From NCBI GenBank assembly GCA_043722015.1, contig JAYSPO010001114.1, positions 1 to 34,660 of the forward strand: a stretch of DNA of 34,660 nt, read 5' to 3'. Positions within the stretch are counted from its first letter, which is position 1, and the number at the start of each line of letters is the position of its first letter. The notes under the pieces are model-generated. The model did no database searches, had not been told where the DNA came from, and saw only the letters and a list, made by a program, of their open reading frames with translations. The DNA is from Candidatus Kuenenia sp. (lineage in GTDB: Bacteria; Planctomycetota; Planctomycetia; Planctomycetales; Planctomycetaceae). This document shows, one piece after another, positions 26,101 to 34,432 of this stretch. The position numbers were made by a program, and so were the translations under genes.

Positions 26101-29100
26101 CTCACCGGTGCTGGTTCACATGCTGCCGACCGGTTGTATGAGGGTTGTTACGAGTACCGCTGGTTGCCCTCAAAACGTGACCAGAATCTTCACGGTCGGA
26201 TCTTCGATTACACGTCAGCCGTGCTGATTTCTGATGCGTCGGGCGTCGCAGAAGAACTGGCAGCACGGCTTGCGGCAGAGAGCATTCAGCCGCTGCTAAT
26301 TCCTTTCGGCGAAACACGCCAATTCGACGAACTATTGGCAAACGTGCCCCTGGATCGGCGGACGTTGATTGTGTTCGCGGCTGGGTTATCATCGATCCCC
26401 GCCGACTGGAAAGGACTTGCCCACTGCCCTGCTGTTCCGTTGCTGCTGCAACTTGCACAAACCCTGCAAAAGCGGGAAGGAGTGCCGCGTCTGTTCGTGG
26501 TCACCAACGGCGCGGCCGGTGTGCCGGGCGACCAGCATCTTGACCTTGGACAGGCGATTCTGCACGGACTGGCGCGTGTCATCAACAACGAATCCCCGAA
26601 TGTTCCGCTGACAGTGATCGATCTGAGTACCGCCATCCGGCCGTGCGAGATCGATGCGTTGTCCTGGGAACTGCTCCACGGTCGCCGGGATCGAGACGAG
26701 TCGGAAATTGCGATTCGCGGTGACGAAAGATTTGTCAGACAGTTGTTTCCCGTGGATCTCGACGCCGCCGAACAGGCAGCGACCTCGGAAGCAGAAGGAT
26801 TCGGCGGCGGCTACCGAGCCGACCTGCGTGATCCCGGTGTGCTCGATCATATCGTCTTTCGTTGTCTTCCACCCAGCAACCCGGGCGAAGACGAGGTGGA
26901 AATCGCCGTCAGGGCTGCGGCGTTGAACTTTAAGGACATCATGAATGCCATGGGCTTGCTGCCCGAGAAGGCCGTCGCTGGCGGACTGACTGGACATCGC
27001 CTCGGTCTGGAGGTTGCAGGTCGTGTTCTGCGTACAGGATGTTCAGTCCGGCATGTTCAGGCGGGCGATGAAGTGATCGCCCGCGTGTCTGAGGGTTTTT
27101 GCGGTCGAGTGACGACGCCGGGGCATTATGTGGTGGTCCGACCAAAGCAACTGACACCTGCGCAGGCGGCAGCGATTCCCCTTGTGTACATCACGGCCTG
27201 GTACTCGCTGTGCTACCTGTCTCGTATGGCCCGTGGCGAGACCGTCTTGATTCATTCGGCCGCTGGCGGAGTGGGTGGCGCGGCGATTCCGTTAGCGCGG
27301 CGGGTCGGTGCCACCGTGATCGCCACGGCTGGGACGAAGGAGAAGCGCGACTACCTGCGGCAATTGGGGGTCGAGCATGTCTTTGATTCGCGCTCTCTCG
27401 ACTTCTACAATCACGTCATGGATGTGACGGGCGGGCGGGGTGTGGATATCGTGCTTAATTCCCTGACGGGGCGTTTTATCCCTCAAAGCCTGAAATGCCT
27501 CGCACCGTTTGGCCGTTTCGTCGAAATCGGTAAGTCGGATCTTTATCGCAACACCAAGCTCAGTTTGGAGCGGCTCGGTGAGAACATCTCTTTCTTTGTA
27601 GTCGATGTCGATCGGCTGGCCGTCCATCAGCCGGATTTGCATCGACGGGCGATGACGGAGGTGATTGGCATGTTCGAGCGGGGCGAATTGGCGCCGCACG
27701 AAATCACCGAATTCCCAATTTCCAAGCTTCCCGATGCCCTCAGATTCATGACACGCGCTGCGTATCGGGGCAAGATTGTCATGAACATGCAGCATGATCG
27801 CGTGCGGACTCTGCCGTCCCGAAACGCTGCATTCCGGCCCGATCGCACTTACTTAATTTCTGGCGGTGCCAGTGGATTCGGGTTGGAGATTGCGCGCTGG
27901 TTGGCCAACTGCGGTGCGCGGTATCTGGTTCTGCTTAGCCGCAGCGGCCCGAAGAGTGACGCAGATCGGATCGCCGTCGAGACGATGAAAGAGTTCGGCG
28001 TCGAAGTCAGAATGGCTCAGGCAGACATCACTGACTCGGAGGCCATCGAAAGCTTGTTTCAGCAAATTGACGAGGAGATGCCTCCGCTGGCCGGAGTTAT
28101 CCACGGTGCCGCAGTGCTCGACGATGCGTCGATTCCCACGATGGATATGGAGCGTTTCACGCGAGTCTTTAACCCCAAGGCCCAGGGTGCCTGGAACCTG
28201 CACGAGACGACAGTCGCCGGTGGTGCACAGTTGGATTTCTTCCTGATGCTCTCTTCCATTTCGTCTGTGCTGGGGCTTTATGGCCAGGCAAATTATGCCT
28301 CGGCCAATTACTTCCAGGACGCGCTGGCTCAATACCGCCGACAACTTGGACTGCCGGCAACCTCCGTCAATCTTGGCGTCCTGGGCAGCTACGCTGGCAT
28401 GTCCAATTCTGAAAACGATAAACAGGACATCGTGGGCATTCTGGAGTCTCAGGGTATGTACGTCATGCCACTGAAAGATGTGCTTGCCAAGCTGGAATCG
28501 GCTTTGATTCAGCAGCCTGTCCAGCGGATGACCGCTCGGCTTGACTGGCCATGGTTTCGCATCGCCTATCCTCATCTGGCGCGGGATACTCGCTTCATCG
28601 AGGTGATGAGTGACGCCGCCCTGGCGCGTGCATTTCGCCCCAAAGGTACTGGCCTGCGCACAGAACTGGCGGAAATGGAAAGTAGCGAGCGAGTTGAACG
28701 ACTGCAGCAGGAACTGAAGAACAGGCTGGCGCGAATCCTTGACGCTTCTCCGGAGCGGTTCGATGTTTCTAGGTCCATCGATAGCTTCGGCCTGGATTCG
28801 CTGATGCTGACAGACCTGCAGGTCTCAATCGTCCGCGCGCTCAACGTCACTGTCCCGCTCATTAAGCTTCTCAAAGGACCGAGCATAGCGACGCTTGCCG
28901 CAGAATTGTTGGCTCAGATAGAGAACAGTGACTCGGACGATGTGGGCAACATGCAGGACGCCTCCGTTGCTGCCGAAGCCTTCACGCTGGCGGATCTGGA
29001 CGGAGTGCGAGTCATAAACCGCTGGCTCATTCGGGGAAACTGCGATGCCGATGCACCCATCCGCCTGATCTGCTTTCATTCCATGGGAGTCGGTGCGTCA

Positions 29101-29805
29101 CTGTTCACGAACTTTCTGCTTAATCCGCCGGATGGCTGTGACATTCTAGCTGTGCAAACTCCAGGACGCGAGAACCGGATTGATGAGCCGGTAGCAGAAA
29201 GCCTCGACGATTTGGCCGATCAGGTTGTAGCACAGCTATTGCCCTTATTCGATCGGCCTGTGGTCATGTGGGGGCACAGTTACGGCGGCATCGTGGCCAG
29301 CGAGGTCATTCGCCGCTTGCGCGAGCGCCACTACCGAGAGCCTGTTCATTACGTGGTGTCGGGTACGCTTCCGCCACATCTGGTTCACCTGCTACAAAAG
29401 CGGGATACTTTGCTCAAGGCAATGGTTGCAGACAACAGCCCGGAATATCTGATATCGCTGTCACGGTATGTAGATGACCCGGAGTTCATTAAGTCGATCC
29501 TGCCTCTGATGCGGCGGGATTATCCTCTGCTGCAGAGCTTCCGCTATCTGCCTCATGTGCCTGTCAGTTACCCAATCACAGCCTTCGCTGCTCGTCAAGA
29601 CGACATGGTGTATTCTGACGAAATTCGCGAGTGGGCTCAACACACGTGCGGTGGTTTTGAACTGATTGAAGTTGATGGTGACCATTGGTTCCTGAATCGT
29701 AACCGCGAACTCATCGTCGCCACGTTGCAGGACATCGCTGGAAGCCACATTGGAAATGACGCCGAGCATTTTGCTCAGGCATTGACCACAGGCGTGGACG
29801 AGTAA
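22915..29805 (+). CDS. Type I polyketide synthase: KS (C-terminal part)-AT-DH-ER-KR-ACP-TE. Homologous sequence begins at 23089 and continues the 22698 fragment in another frame.
   Basis: KS C-half: IAGGVNVML, EAHGTGTPVGDP, KTNLGHLEGAAG (23089 to about 23788). AT: FVFSGQGGQW, GHSIGE (Ser at 24445), VAYHSHHM. DH: HPFL...LRDHQVDGEIVFPATG (His at 25354). ER: LIHSAAGGVGGAAI. KR: ISGGASGFGLEIA, LDD, YASAN. ACP: FGLDSL (Ser at 28798). TE: GHSYGG (about 29272-29289), GDHWF. Confidence 0.95.
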   Translation: MAASGTRGAALSTASTSSTPSSSDTFLPKPSGSIRSSDYFSKSLTKQWKMPVCGAISWMAIAGGVNVMLRPEPSIMLSKGGFLNPDQYCKAFDAAANGYVRGEGVGIVILKPLCKAIADGDQIYACVRATAANQDGYLPEGFTVPNVFSQVALLRTVYAEAGIDPSLVDFVEAHGTGTPVGDPVEASALGSVLGFERTAEQPNLIIGSVKTNLGHLEGAAGIAGFIKAVLTAHHGVAPPNLHFHEPNPAIPWEQYRLEVPTQPTSLKRGDHPLTVGVNSFGAGGANAHVVLQSLATISRRALAPGSDMLPDSKPDARAYRLMPPEPLVPRGTLYTISSSNRDALRTLALRHADFLVENPHRLEDIAFSAFTRRSHYAQLLAVVGKSAKDVESQLRRFADGEADTTTQITTVTRRKEPKLAFVFSGQGGQWALMGLQLMQREPVFRHWMEEIDASFQGLAGWSLLDEIRREDGESRVNDTVVVQPAVMAIQIAMVKLYEHYGIRPEGIVGHSIGEVAAGFAAGALTLEQAVQVIYHRSQAQNLASGKGGMLAVGLTQEDARTLIAGYDGRVSIGAVNGPEMLTLSGDTEPLQQIAQVLETRGVFNRPVRVQVAYHSHHMEPIRNVMLDALIHVQGVKATIPLYSTVTGHRENGVHFNAEYWFQNARQPVLFTDALSTMLKDHYDTFVEIGPHPVLVSGSEALFSKRDTDAVMAPSMNRRDPEVTVFLQSLARLAARGLQPDVTRLYGSDCGYVRLPNYPWQHHRHWFESPAAAAMRKGPFEHPFLKRKTQMVTEDGLAVWEAALSVQKFPYLRDHQVDGEIVFPATGHLELAWAVASEQFRHEPFFLENIHFDLPLILPDSSRHPLDVRLEIVSGEGDYRICSRAADNAVENPWTKHSSGRINTVHDRFEKSTASLNDLRQHFSEGDALAADAFYETISAAGLAYGEKFRCIQELWHRGHEMLAQLRLPDELLHESQRNAIHPAILDACLHAVFADVHRNGDVHRIYLPYRVDRIRYYGQPTRDLWASVRVTRNDEHYLHSDTLIFDDAGLLVAEVLGLTCKRLTGAGSHAADRLYEGCYEYRWLPSKRDQNLHGRIFDYTSAVLISDASGVAEELAARLAAESIQPLLIPFGETRQFDELLANVPLDRRTLIVFAAGLSSIPADWKGLAHCPAVPLLLQLAQTLQKREGVPRLFVVTNGAAGVPGDQHLDLGQAILHGLARVINNESPNVPLTVIDLSTAIRPCEIDALSWELLHGRRDRDESEIAIRGDERFVRQLFPVDLDAAEQAATSEAEGFGGGYRADLRDPGVLDHIVFRCLPPSNPGEDEVEIAVRAAALNFKDIMNAMGLLPEKAVAGGLTGHRLGLEVAGRVLRTGCSVRHVQAGDEVIARVSEGFCGRVTTPGHYVVVRPKQLTPAQAAAIPLVYITAWYSLCYLSRMARGETVLIHSAAGGVGGAAIPLARRVGATVIATAGTKEKRDYLRQLGVEHVFDSRSLDFYNHVMDVTGGRGVDIVLNSLTGRFIPQSLKCLAPFGRFVEIGKSDLYRNTKLSLERLGENISFFVVDVDRLAVHQPDLHRRAMTEVIGMFERGELAPHEITEFPISKLPDALRFMTRAAYRGKIVMNMQHDRVRTLPSRNAAFRPDRTYLISGGASGFGLEIARWLANCGARYLVLLSRSGPKSDADRIAVETMKEFGVEVRMAQADITDSEAIESLFQQIDEEMPPLAGVIHGAAVLDDASIPTMDMERFTRVFNPKAQGAWNLHETTVAGGAQLDFFLMLSSISSVLGLYGQANYASANYFQDALAQYRRQLGLPATSVNLGVLGSYAGMSNSENDKQDIVGILESQGMYVMPLKDVLAKLESALIQQPVQRMTARLDWPWFRIAYPHLARDTRFIEVMSDAALARAFRPKGTGLRTELAEMESSERVERLQQELKNRLARILDASPERFDVSRSIDSFGLDSLMLTDLQVSIVRALNVTVPLIKLLKGPSIATLAAELLAQIENSDSDDVGNMQDASVAAEAFTLADLDGVRVINRWLIRGNCDADAPIRLICFHSMGVGASLFTNFLLNPPDGCDILAVQTPGRENRIDEPVAESLDDLADQVVAQLLPLFDRPVVMWGHSYGGIVASEVIRRLRERHYREPVHYVVSGTLPPHLVHLLQKRDTLLKAMVADNSPEYLISLSRYVDDPEFIKSILPLMRRDYPLLQSFRYLPHVPVSYPITAFAARQDDMVYSDEIREWAQHTCGGFELIEVDGDHWFLNRNRELIVATLQDIAGSHIGNDAEHFAQALTTGVDE

Positions 29806-29878
29806 TTGCAATGAATTCACCTGCCGGGGCTTGGAATGTCCGCTTATTCTGCGGCCACGTTGCCTGATTTTCGGTCAA

Positions 29879-32800
29879 TCACTCAGGAAACAAGATCTGG
29901 TAGTCCAGTGCGAAATCAGCACCCAGTGACTGCAAAGCTTGCCGGGCGGTGGTCAAGTCCTGCTGAGCTTCCGGCCAGCCATACTGCTTTCCGACCTGGC
30001 CGCGGGCGAGCAGCGTTTGGGCATGCTCAAACCGTGCCCCTTGTCTTTCTGCGACCTTAAGGCTCTCATCCAGATTCTTGCGTGCCTGACGAGCCTGCCC
30101 CTGCAGCGCGGCCATGAGACCACATTCCCGCAATGCATGCGGCAAGTCGGTCTGAAACGTTCTGGCAACCGACAAAGCTTGCCGCGCAGCTCGATGGGCG
30201 CTTTGAACAAGCTGCCGACGGCCATCTGGCGCAAAACTAGTTGACGTTCGCAATTGCAACCGATGCACCGTCGCCAGCCACGTCACAACGGGCGACACCC
30301 AGGCGTTCATGCCATTCTTCCGGCACACCGCGTGGGCTTGCATCAAAAAACGAATAGCCTCATGCAGTTCGTTCTCGCGAAAATGGCGGACGGCTTCAGC
30401 CAGCAATACAAGTGTGGTCGCCCACACATCATTTCTTTCCTTTTGCAGTTCTCGCTCGACAATCTCAACGGGCAATTGCCCGCCTGAGGCCCGCGACCAG
30501 ACGTCCAGAGCGAACCCCGCGACCTTATCATCGCCCATCGCACTGCACGCCTCGTACAACTCCTTGGATTCGGCGACCGCGTCTGCCAAATTCCCCTTTC
30601 GATAAAGTGCATTGGCGCTTTGCCACCACGCCATGTTTCTCTCCCAAAAATCGCCGGTCCGTTCGAGAAGTCGGATCGCTTCCCGGCAACTGCTGATGCA
30701 CTCGTCAAATCTCGCCGAGGCGAAGAACACCACGCCGAGGTAATGCAGCGATTGCCCTTGTCCGCAAACATCGCCCAGACCCTTCCGTATTTCGAGGGAC
30801 TTTCTCCCGAAGGTTTCTCCGCGACTGAGCCACGGAATCAGGGACAACACGGGTGCATGGCTCGCCCACGCGTAACCCAATTCGAGTGTGGGTGGATACC
30901 GTTCGGCGAGGTTTATAGAACGCAGATGCGTCCACAAACAGGGGATTTTGCCACGGTCGAAAAAGTAGGCTCGGGCCAAATGGACATGCACGCCGATGGC
31001 CAGCAACTCGTTTTTAGTGGCTGGCAGACTGCGACGAGCCAGAAACAGTTTTGGAAGCATCGTATGCAACGTTTGAACAGCCACTTCCCAGGCAAGTAAT
31101 AGCAAGAATCCCTCGGTACGGGTTGGAATTCTCCGACCCAGCAACCGGAGCGAACGCTCCATCGCGTCAATGCCGACTTTGTTGTCGCCTTGCTTGAAGG
31201 CGAGTTCGCCGAGCTTCCCTTCGATCTGGGCACGCGTGAGATCGTCACATGCCAAGAGCCTTGCCGCCTGGAACATTTGGGCTGCGGCCTGGTAACGACC
31301 ACGCAGCATGAGCACCTCGCCCAGGCTCTCGGCGACGCGATAGCGTGTCGCGTCGTCTGCACGCTCCGCGCCGCGCTCCGCTATCCGAAAAAGTTGTTCC
31401 GCAATTTCCAGGGCGTATTGCGATCGGGCTTGTCCAGCCATGGCCATCGCATACGGGAATGCCAGAGCCGATTCTCCTGCGGCATCGAAGTGGTAAGCCA
31501 GATCAAAGAAGTGCTTTGATGCCTGGATCCCTGCACCACCGGCCTTTTGGTTGTTAATCGCGGTGGAAAATCCGGTTGATGAATCGATGACAGGATTGAC
31601 ACCACTTTCGGTCGGCGGGATTGCCGATTCGAGAACGCCCGCAATCCGGTGATGGAGATCCCTCAATGCGTCGGCAGGCAAATGATTCAGGATCGTCTCG
31701 CGGATACGGTCGTGGTAGGTCTCGATCTCTTCCGCCTGGGCCGTGCCGCTGCTGCGGATCAGACGACCTGAACGCAGCACTGCCATCGCGCCACGTTCAT
31801 CAAGGCTCAAATCGGATGCCTGACGTGCCTCAGCAAGCCTGAGTGGCTGGCCAGACACCGCAACCACTTCAAGCAGGCGGCGTGGCTCCGCAGGCAACGC
31901 CTGGATGCGGGTCCACAAGACGTCGTCGAGAACAACAGCATGGGAGTTCGAGGTCTCGGCAACGTCCATGTTGGCGCCAACACATTGCACCAGTTCGTGG
32001 ACGAAGAATGGATTGCCACTCGACTCGCGCGCGATCGTCTCCGCCAGCGCCTGACTCGCGGAATCACGGCGGCCCAGCAGCGTCAAAGCCAGCTCGCAGG
32101 CTTCGTCATGGTCGAGCGAATCAACGGAGACCTGACGCTGATCAATCGCTGTCCCGAATTTTTCCAGCGCTCGGTGCAGGATCGCGAGACAGGGGCTTGT
32201 GTCCGCGTCTTCACTGCGGTAGCAAGCGAGCAGCATCAACATCGGCGCATCCGGCGGTCGCAATATCTCCACCAGTTGCGTCACGCCGTCGAGATCGCCC
32301 CATTGCAGATCATCAATGAACAGGACCAACGGCTTCCGATCACCGAGTCGGGCCAACAACTCACGCAACGCCTCGAAGGCCCGGCGACGCAGTTCATGCG
32401 CATCCGAAATCTCCACTGTTCTGCTGGGCGCTTCGGCGACTGCGGCCACACGCTGCAGAACGGGAAAGACCTGTGCAAGGACTTGAGCTTCTCTCGGCAG
32501 CAAGGCCTGGGCTTCATGTGTCGGGATGCGGCGGAGATACCGGCTCAGAGCGTCAACCAGACTGTCCAGAGCCTTGTACGGCACCGATTCGCGTTCATAG
32601 CACTTGCCAGCGAGCACGACCGCTTCGCCGTGCTGCACCAGATTATCCAAAAAATGCTGAGCCAGCATACTCTTTCCGGCTCCCGATCGACCATGCAGAC
32701 AGACGACTGCAGTACGCCCCTTCTGCACAGCGCTGAATGACTCGATCAGGTTCGCCATTTGCGATTCGCGGCCGACAAAAGTCGCTCGCTGCCCTGACAC

Positions 32801-33160
32801 CACGTTCCTGATGACGGTTGAGTTGCTTGAGGGCGTCTCCGTCAACCGCTGCAACACCTCACTTCCACTGGGACGTGCTTCAGGGGACTTTCGCAGCAAG
32901 GAAACACACAGGTGGTTGAGATCCACGGGAATGCCGGGGACTAAATCCGCGGGCGCTGCAGGTTCCCGCTGCTGCTTGTCGATAAGAACCTGAATCGGTG
33001 AACCAGTGAACGGCAGTTTGCCGGTCAGAGCTTCATACAACATCACACCGACGCTGTACCAGTCGCTGGCGGTGGACTGCGGCTGGCGGCCTGCTCGGGG
33101 GCCATGTATGCGACGGTCCCAGTCACATGCTGTTCCGTACTTTGATGGACACCTTTCCAA
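29879..33160 (-). CDS. C-terminal ~1070 aa of a Ser/Thr kinase-AAA(STAND-like)-TPR protein; a frameshifted continuation of 33043..33960
   Basis: From ...GRQPQSTASDWYSVGVMLYEALTGKLPF (kinase subdomains IX-XI). Then an AAA_16-like NTPase: FVGRESQ...VVCLHGRSGAGKSML and Walker B LVLFIDDLQWGD. A long TPR-like helical repeat region follows. Confidence 0.85.
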   Translation of the reverse strand: MERCPSKYGTACDWDRRIHGPRAGRQPQSTASDWYSVGVMLYEALTGKLPFTGSPIQVLIDKQQREPAAPADLVPGIPVDLNHLCVSLLRKSPEARPSGSEVLQRLTETPSSNSTVIRNVVSGQRATFVGRESQMANLIESFSAVQKGRTAVVCLHGRSGAGKSMLAQHFLDNLVQHGEAVVLAGKCYERESVPYKALDSLVDALSRYLRRIPTHEAQALLPREAQVLAQVFPVLQRVAAVAEAPSRTVEISDAHELRRRAFEALRELLARLGDRKPLVLFIDDLQWGDLDGVTQLVEILRPPDAPMLMLLACYRSEDADTSPCLAILHRALEKFGTAIDQRQVSVDSLDHDEACELALTLLGRRDSASQALAETIARESSGNPFFVHELVQCVGANMDVAETSNSHAVVLDDVLWTRIQALPAEPRRLLEVVAVSGQPLRLAEARQASDLSLDERGAMAVLRSGRLIRSSGTAQAEEIETYHDRIRETILNHLPADALRDLHHRIAGVLESAIPPTESGVNPVIDSSTGFSTAINNQKAGGAGIQASKHFFDLAYHFDAAGESALAFPYAMAMAGQARSQYALEIAEQLFRIAERGAERADDATRYRVAESLGEVLMLRGRYQAAAQMFQAARLLACDDLTRAQIEGKLGELAFKQGDNKVGIDAMERSLRLLGRRIPTRTEGFLLLLAWEVAVQTLHTMLPKLFLARRSLPATKNELLAIGVHVHLARAYFFDRGKIPCLWTHLRSINLAERYPPTLELGYAWASHAPVLSLIPWLSRGETFGRKSLEIRKGLGDVCGQGQSLHYLGVVFFASARFDECISSCREAIRLLERTGDFWERNMAWWQSANALYRKGNLADAVAESKELYEACSAMGDDKVAGFALDVWSRASGGQLPVEIVERELQKERNDVWATTLVLLAEAVRHFRENELHEAIRFLMQAHAVCRKNGMNAWVSPVVTWLATVHRLQLRTSTSFAPDGRRQLVQSAHRAARQALSVARTFQTDLPHALRECGLMAALQGQARQARKNLDESLKVAERQGARFEHAQTLLARGQVGKQYGWPEAQQDLTTARQALQSLGADFALDYQILFPE

Positions 33161-33960
33161 TCCAACTCGGCGGCCAGGCCAAAATCCAGCAGGACGACAC
33201 GACCTTCGCGCGTCACCATCACGTTGGAAGGTTTAATATCACGATGAAGTTTTCCAAGCGAATGCAGAGCGGTGATGCCATGGGCCAGTTGAAGAAACGC
33301 TACCCGCAGTCGGTCATTTTGATGCGGCGACAGCGGAGTTGAAGTCGCGCCGGAATTACGGGGAATGGCAACATTCTCGTCGCCGTGGTTCAGTTGTGTG
33401 AGCTCAGGATATTCGACGGCCTGATAACTGGCCGCTCCAGCCTCTGCCCGAATCCAGACAAGAAAGTGGTCCCCAATGATCAGTTCCATCGCAATGACAC
33501 ATTGCTGCCCGGTCGAGATCAATTCATACAGCCCGACCAGGTTGGTGTGTATCACATCCGCCAACGCTCGGAATTCCTGCTTCAGTCGATAGACGGCGGA
33601 CGGCTCCATGCGGTGAAGCGTTTTCAGAGCGACCATTTCCTGACGTTTGCGATCATAAGCATGGTAGACGATCCCCATGCCTCCACGCCCCAGTTGTCCG
33701 AGGATCTGGTAGTCGCCCACCACGGGCAGGCCCATGGCATTCGCCCGAGCCGCCATCAAATTCGGCCCAGTTTCGTCCGGCGTGCTGTGCAGCGATTGAC
33801 TCGTCTGCAGCGCGGACATCCGCTCGGCCAGTTGCTGAGTCAGCTCGGGACAATCCCGGCACAATTCCTCGGCACTCACGACCCGGCCCTCAACGCGATG
33901 CTGCTCCCACCGCAGCAATAGTTCAGCCAATCGTGGGTCAAGGGGCATGGGCAACGTCAC
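33043..33960 (-). CDS. N-terminal part of the Ser/Thr protein kinase (Hanks type), interrupted by a frameshift after APEQ
   Basis: Kinase motifs are the glycine loop GQLGRGGMGIVY, VALKTL, the catalytic loop HRDIKPSNVMV, DFGLA and GTVAYMAPEQ. The frame then runs into non-homologous AASRSPPPATGTASV and a stop at 33043. Confidence 0.9.
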   Translation of the reverse strand: MTLPMPLDPRLAELLLRWEQHRVEGRVVSAEELCRDCPELTQQLAERMSALQTSQSLHSTPDETGPNLMAARANAMGLPVVGDYQILGQLGRGGMGIVYHAYDRKRQEMVALKTLHRMEPSAVYRLKQEFRALADVIHTNLVGLYELISTGQQCVIAMELIIGDHFLVWIRAEAGAASYQAVEYPELTQLNHGDENVAIPRNSGATSTPLSPHQNDRLRVAFLQLAHGITALHSLGKLHRDIKPSNVMVTREGRVVLLDFGLAAELDWKGVHQSTEQHVTGTVAYMAPEQAASRSPPPATGTASV

Positions 33961-34320
33961 TCAAACTACAGGGGATGCGTGCGCCGTTACGACGAAAAAG
34001 TGGGGTAAGCTTCCAGCTTGCCGTTTGCCAATGACTTTTTCGTCACACGCTGCAAGCTTATGCCTCCTCGACAACCCACCAGTACCCGTCTTGACCGGGA
34101 TGAACTCGGAGGACCCCAGATTTCGTCGCAACGCTTTGATGGCCCCAACAAGTCACTCAAGTCCGCTGCCAAAAAGGTCGAGGAAAACGAAATCTGTAGT
34201 GGCATTGCCGACGGCACCCCAGCCCGAGTAAGTCTAACGAGGCATTTGCCGTAAAGTCAACGCCTTGAAATTGCGTGGTCGAAATCATGGGAATCTGCGA
34301 ATATGTCGCTTACAATAAGA

Positions 34321-34432
34321 GTTGATTTAATGGGGTCAGCCCCCCCCCCTACTCACGGTAGTCGAAGCCAAAAGACGTTTGGTTTTTCGCCTCGATTGCC
34401 GTCATGAAGAAGGCTCACCCCGCTAAATCAAC
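34321..34432. repeat. Short TIR-bounded element in a non-coding, more AT-rich region
   Basis: GTTGATTTAATGGGG (34321-34335) matches the reverse complement of CCCCGCTAAATCAAC (34418-34432) at 13 of 15 positions. A third copy of CTAAATCAAC is at 34538-34547. GCTCACCCC occurs at 34413 and 34514. A C10 tract is at 34340-34349. Confidence 0.55.

Noticed and set aside
31940-32740. 266-aa + strand ORF, plus similar ORFs at 30620..31099, 31843..32319 and 33385..33921
   Set aside because: All are antisense to the kinase-STAND-TPR gene and none has a recognisable domain.
33947-34254. Three overlapping 76-94-aa ORFs upstream of the kinase gene
   Set aside because: They mutually overlap in different frames, have no motifs and sit in a region dominated by short repeats. 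It is more likely non-coding.
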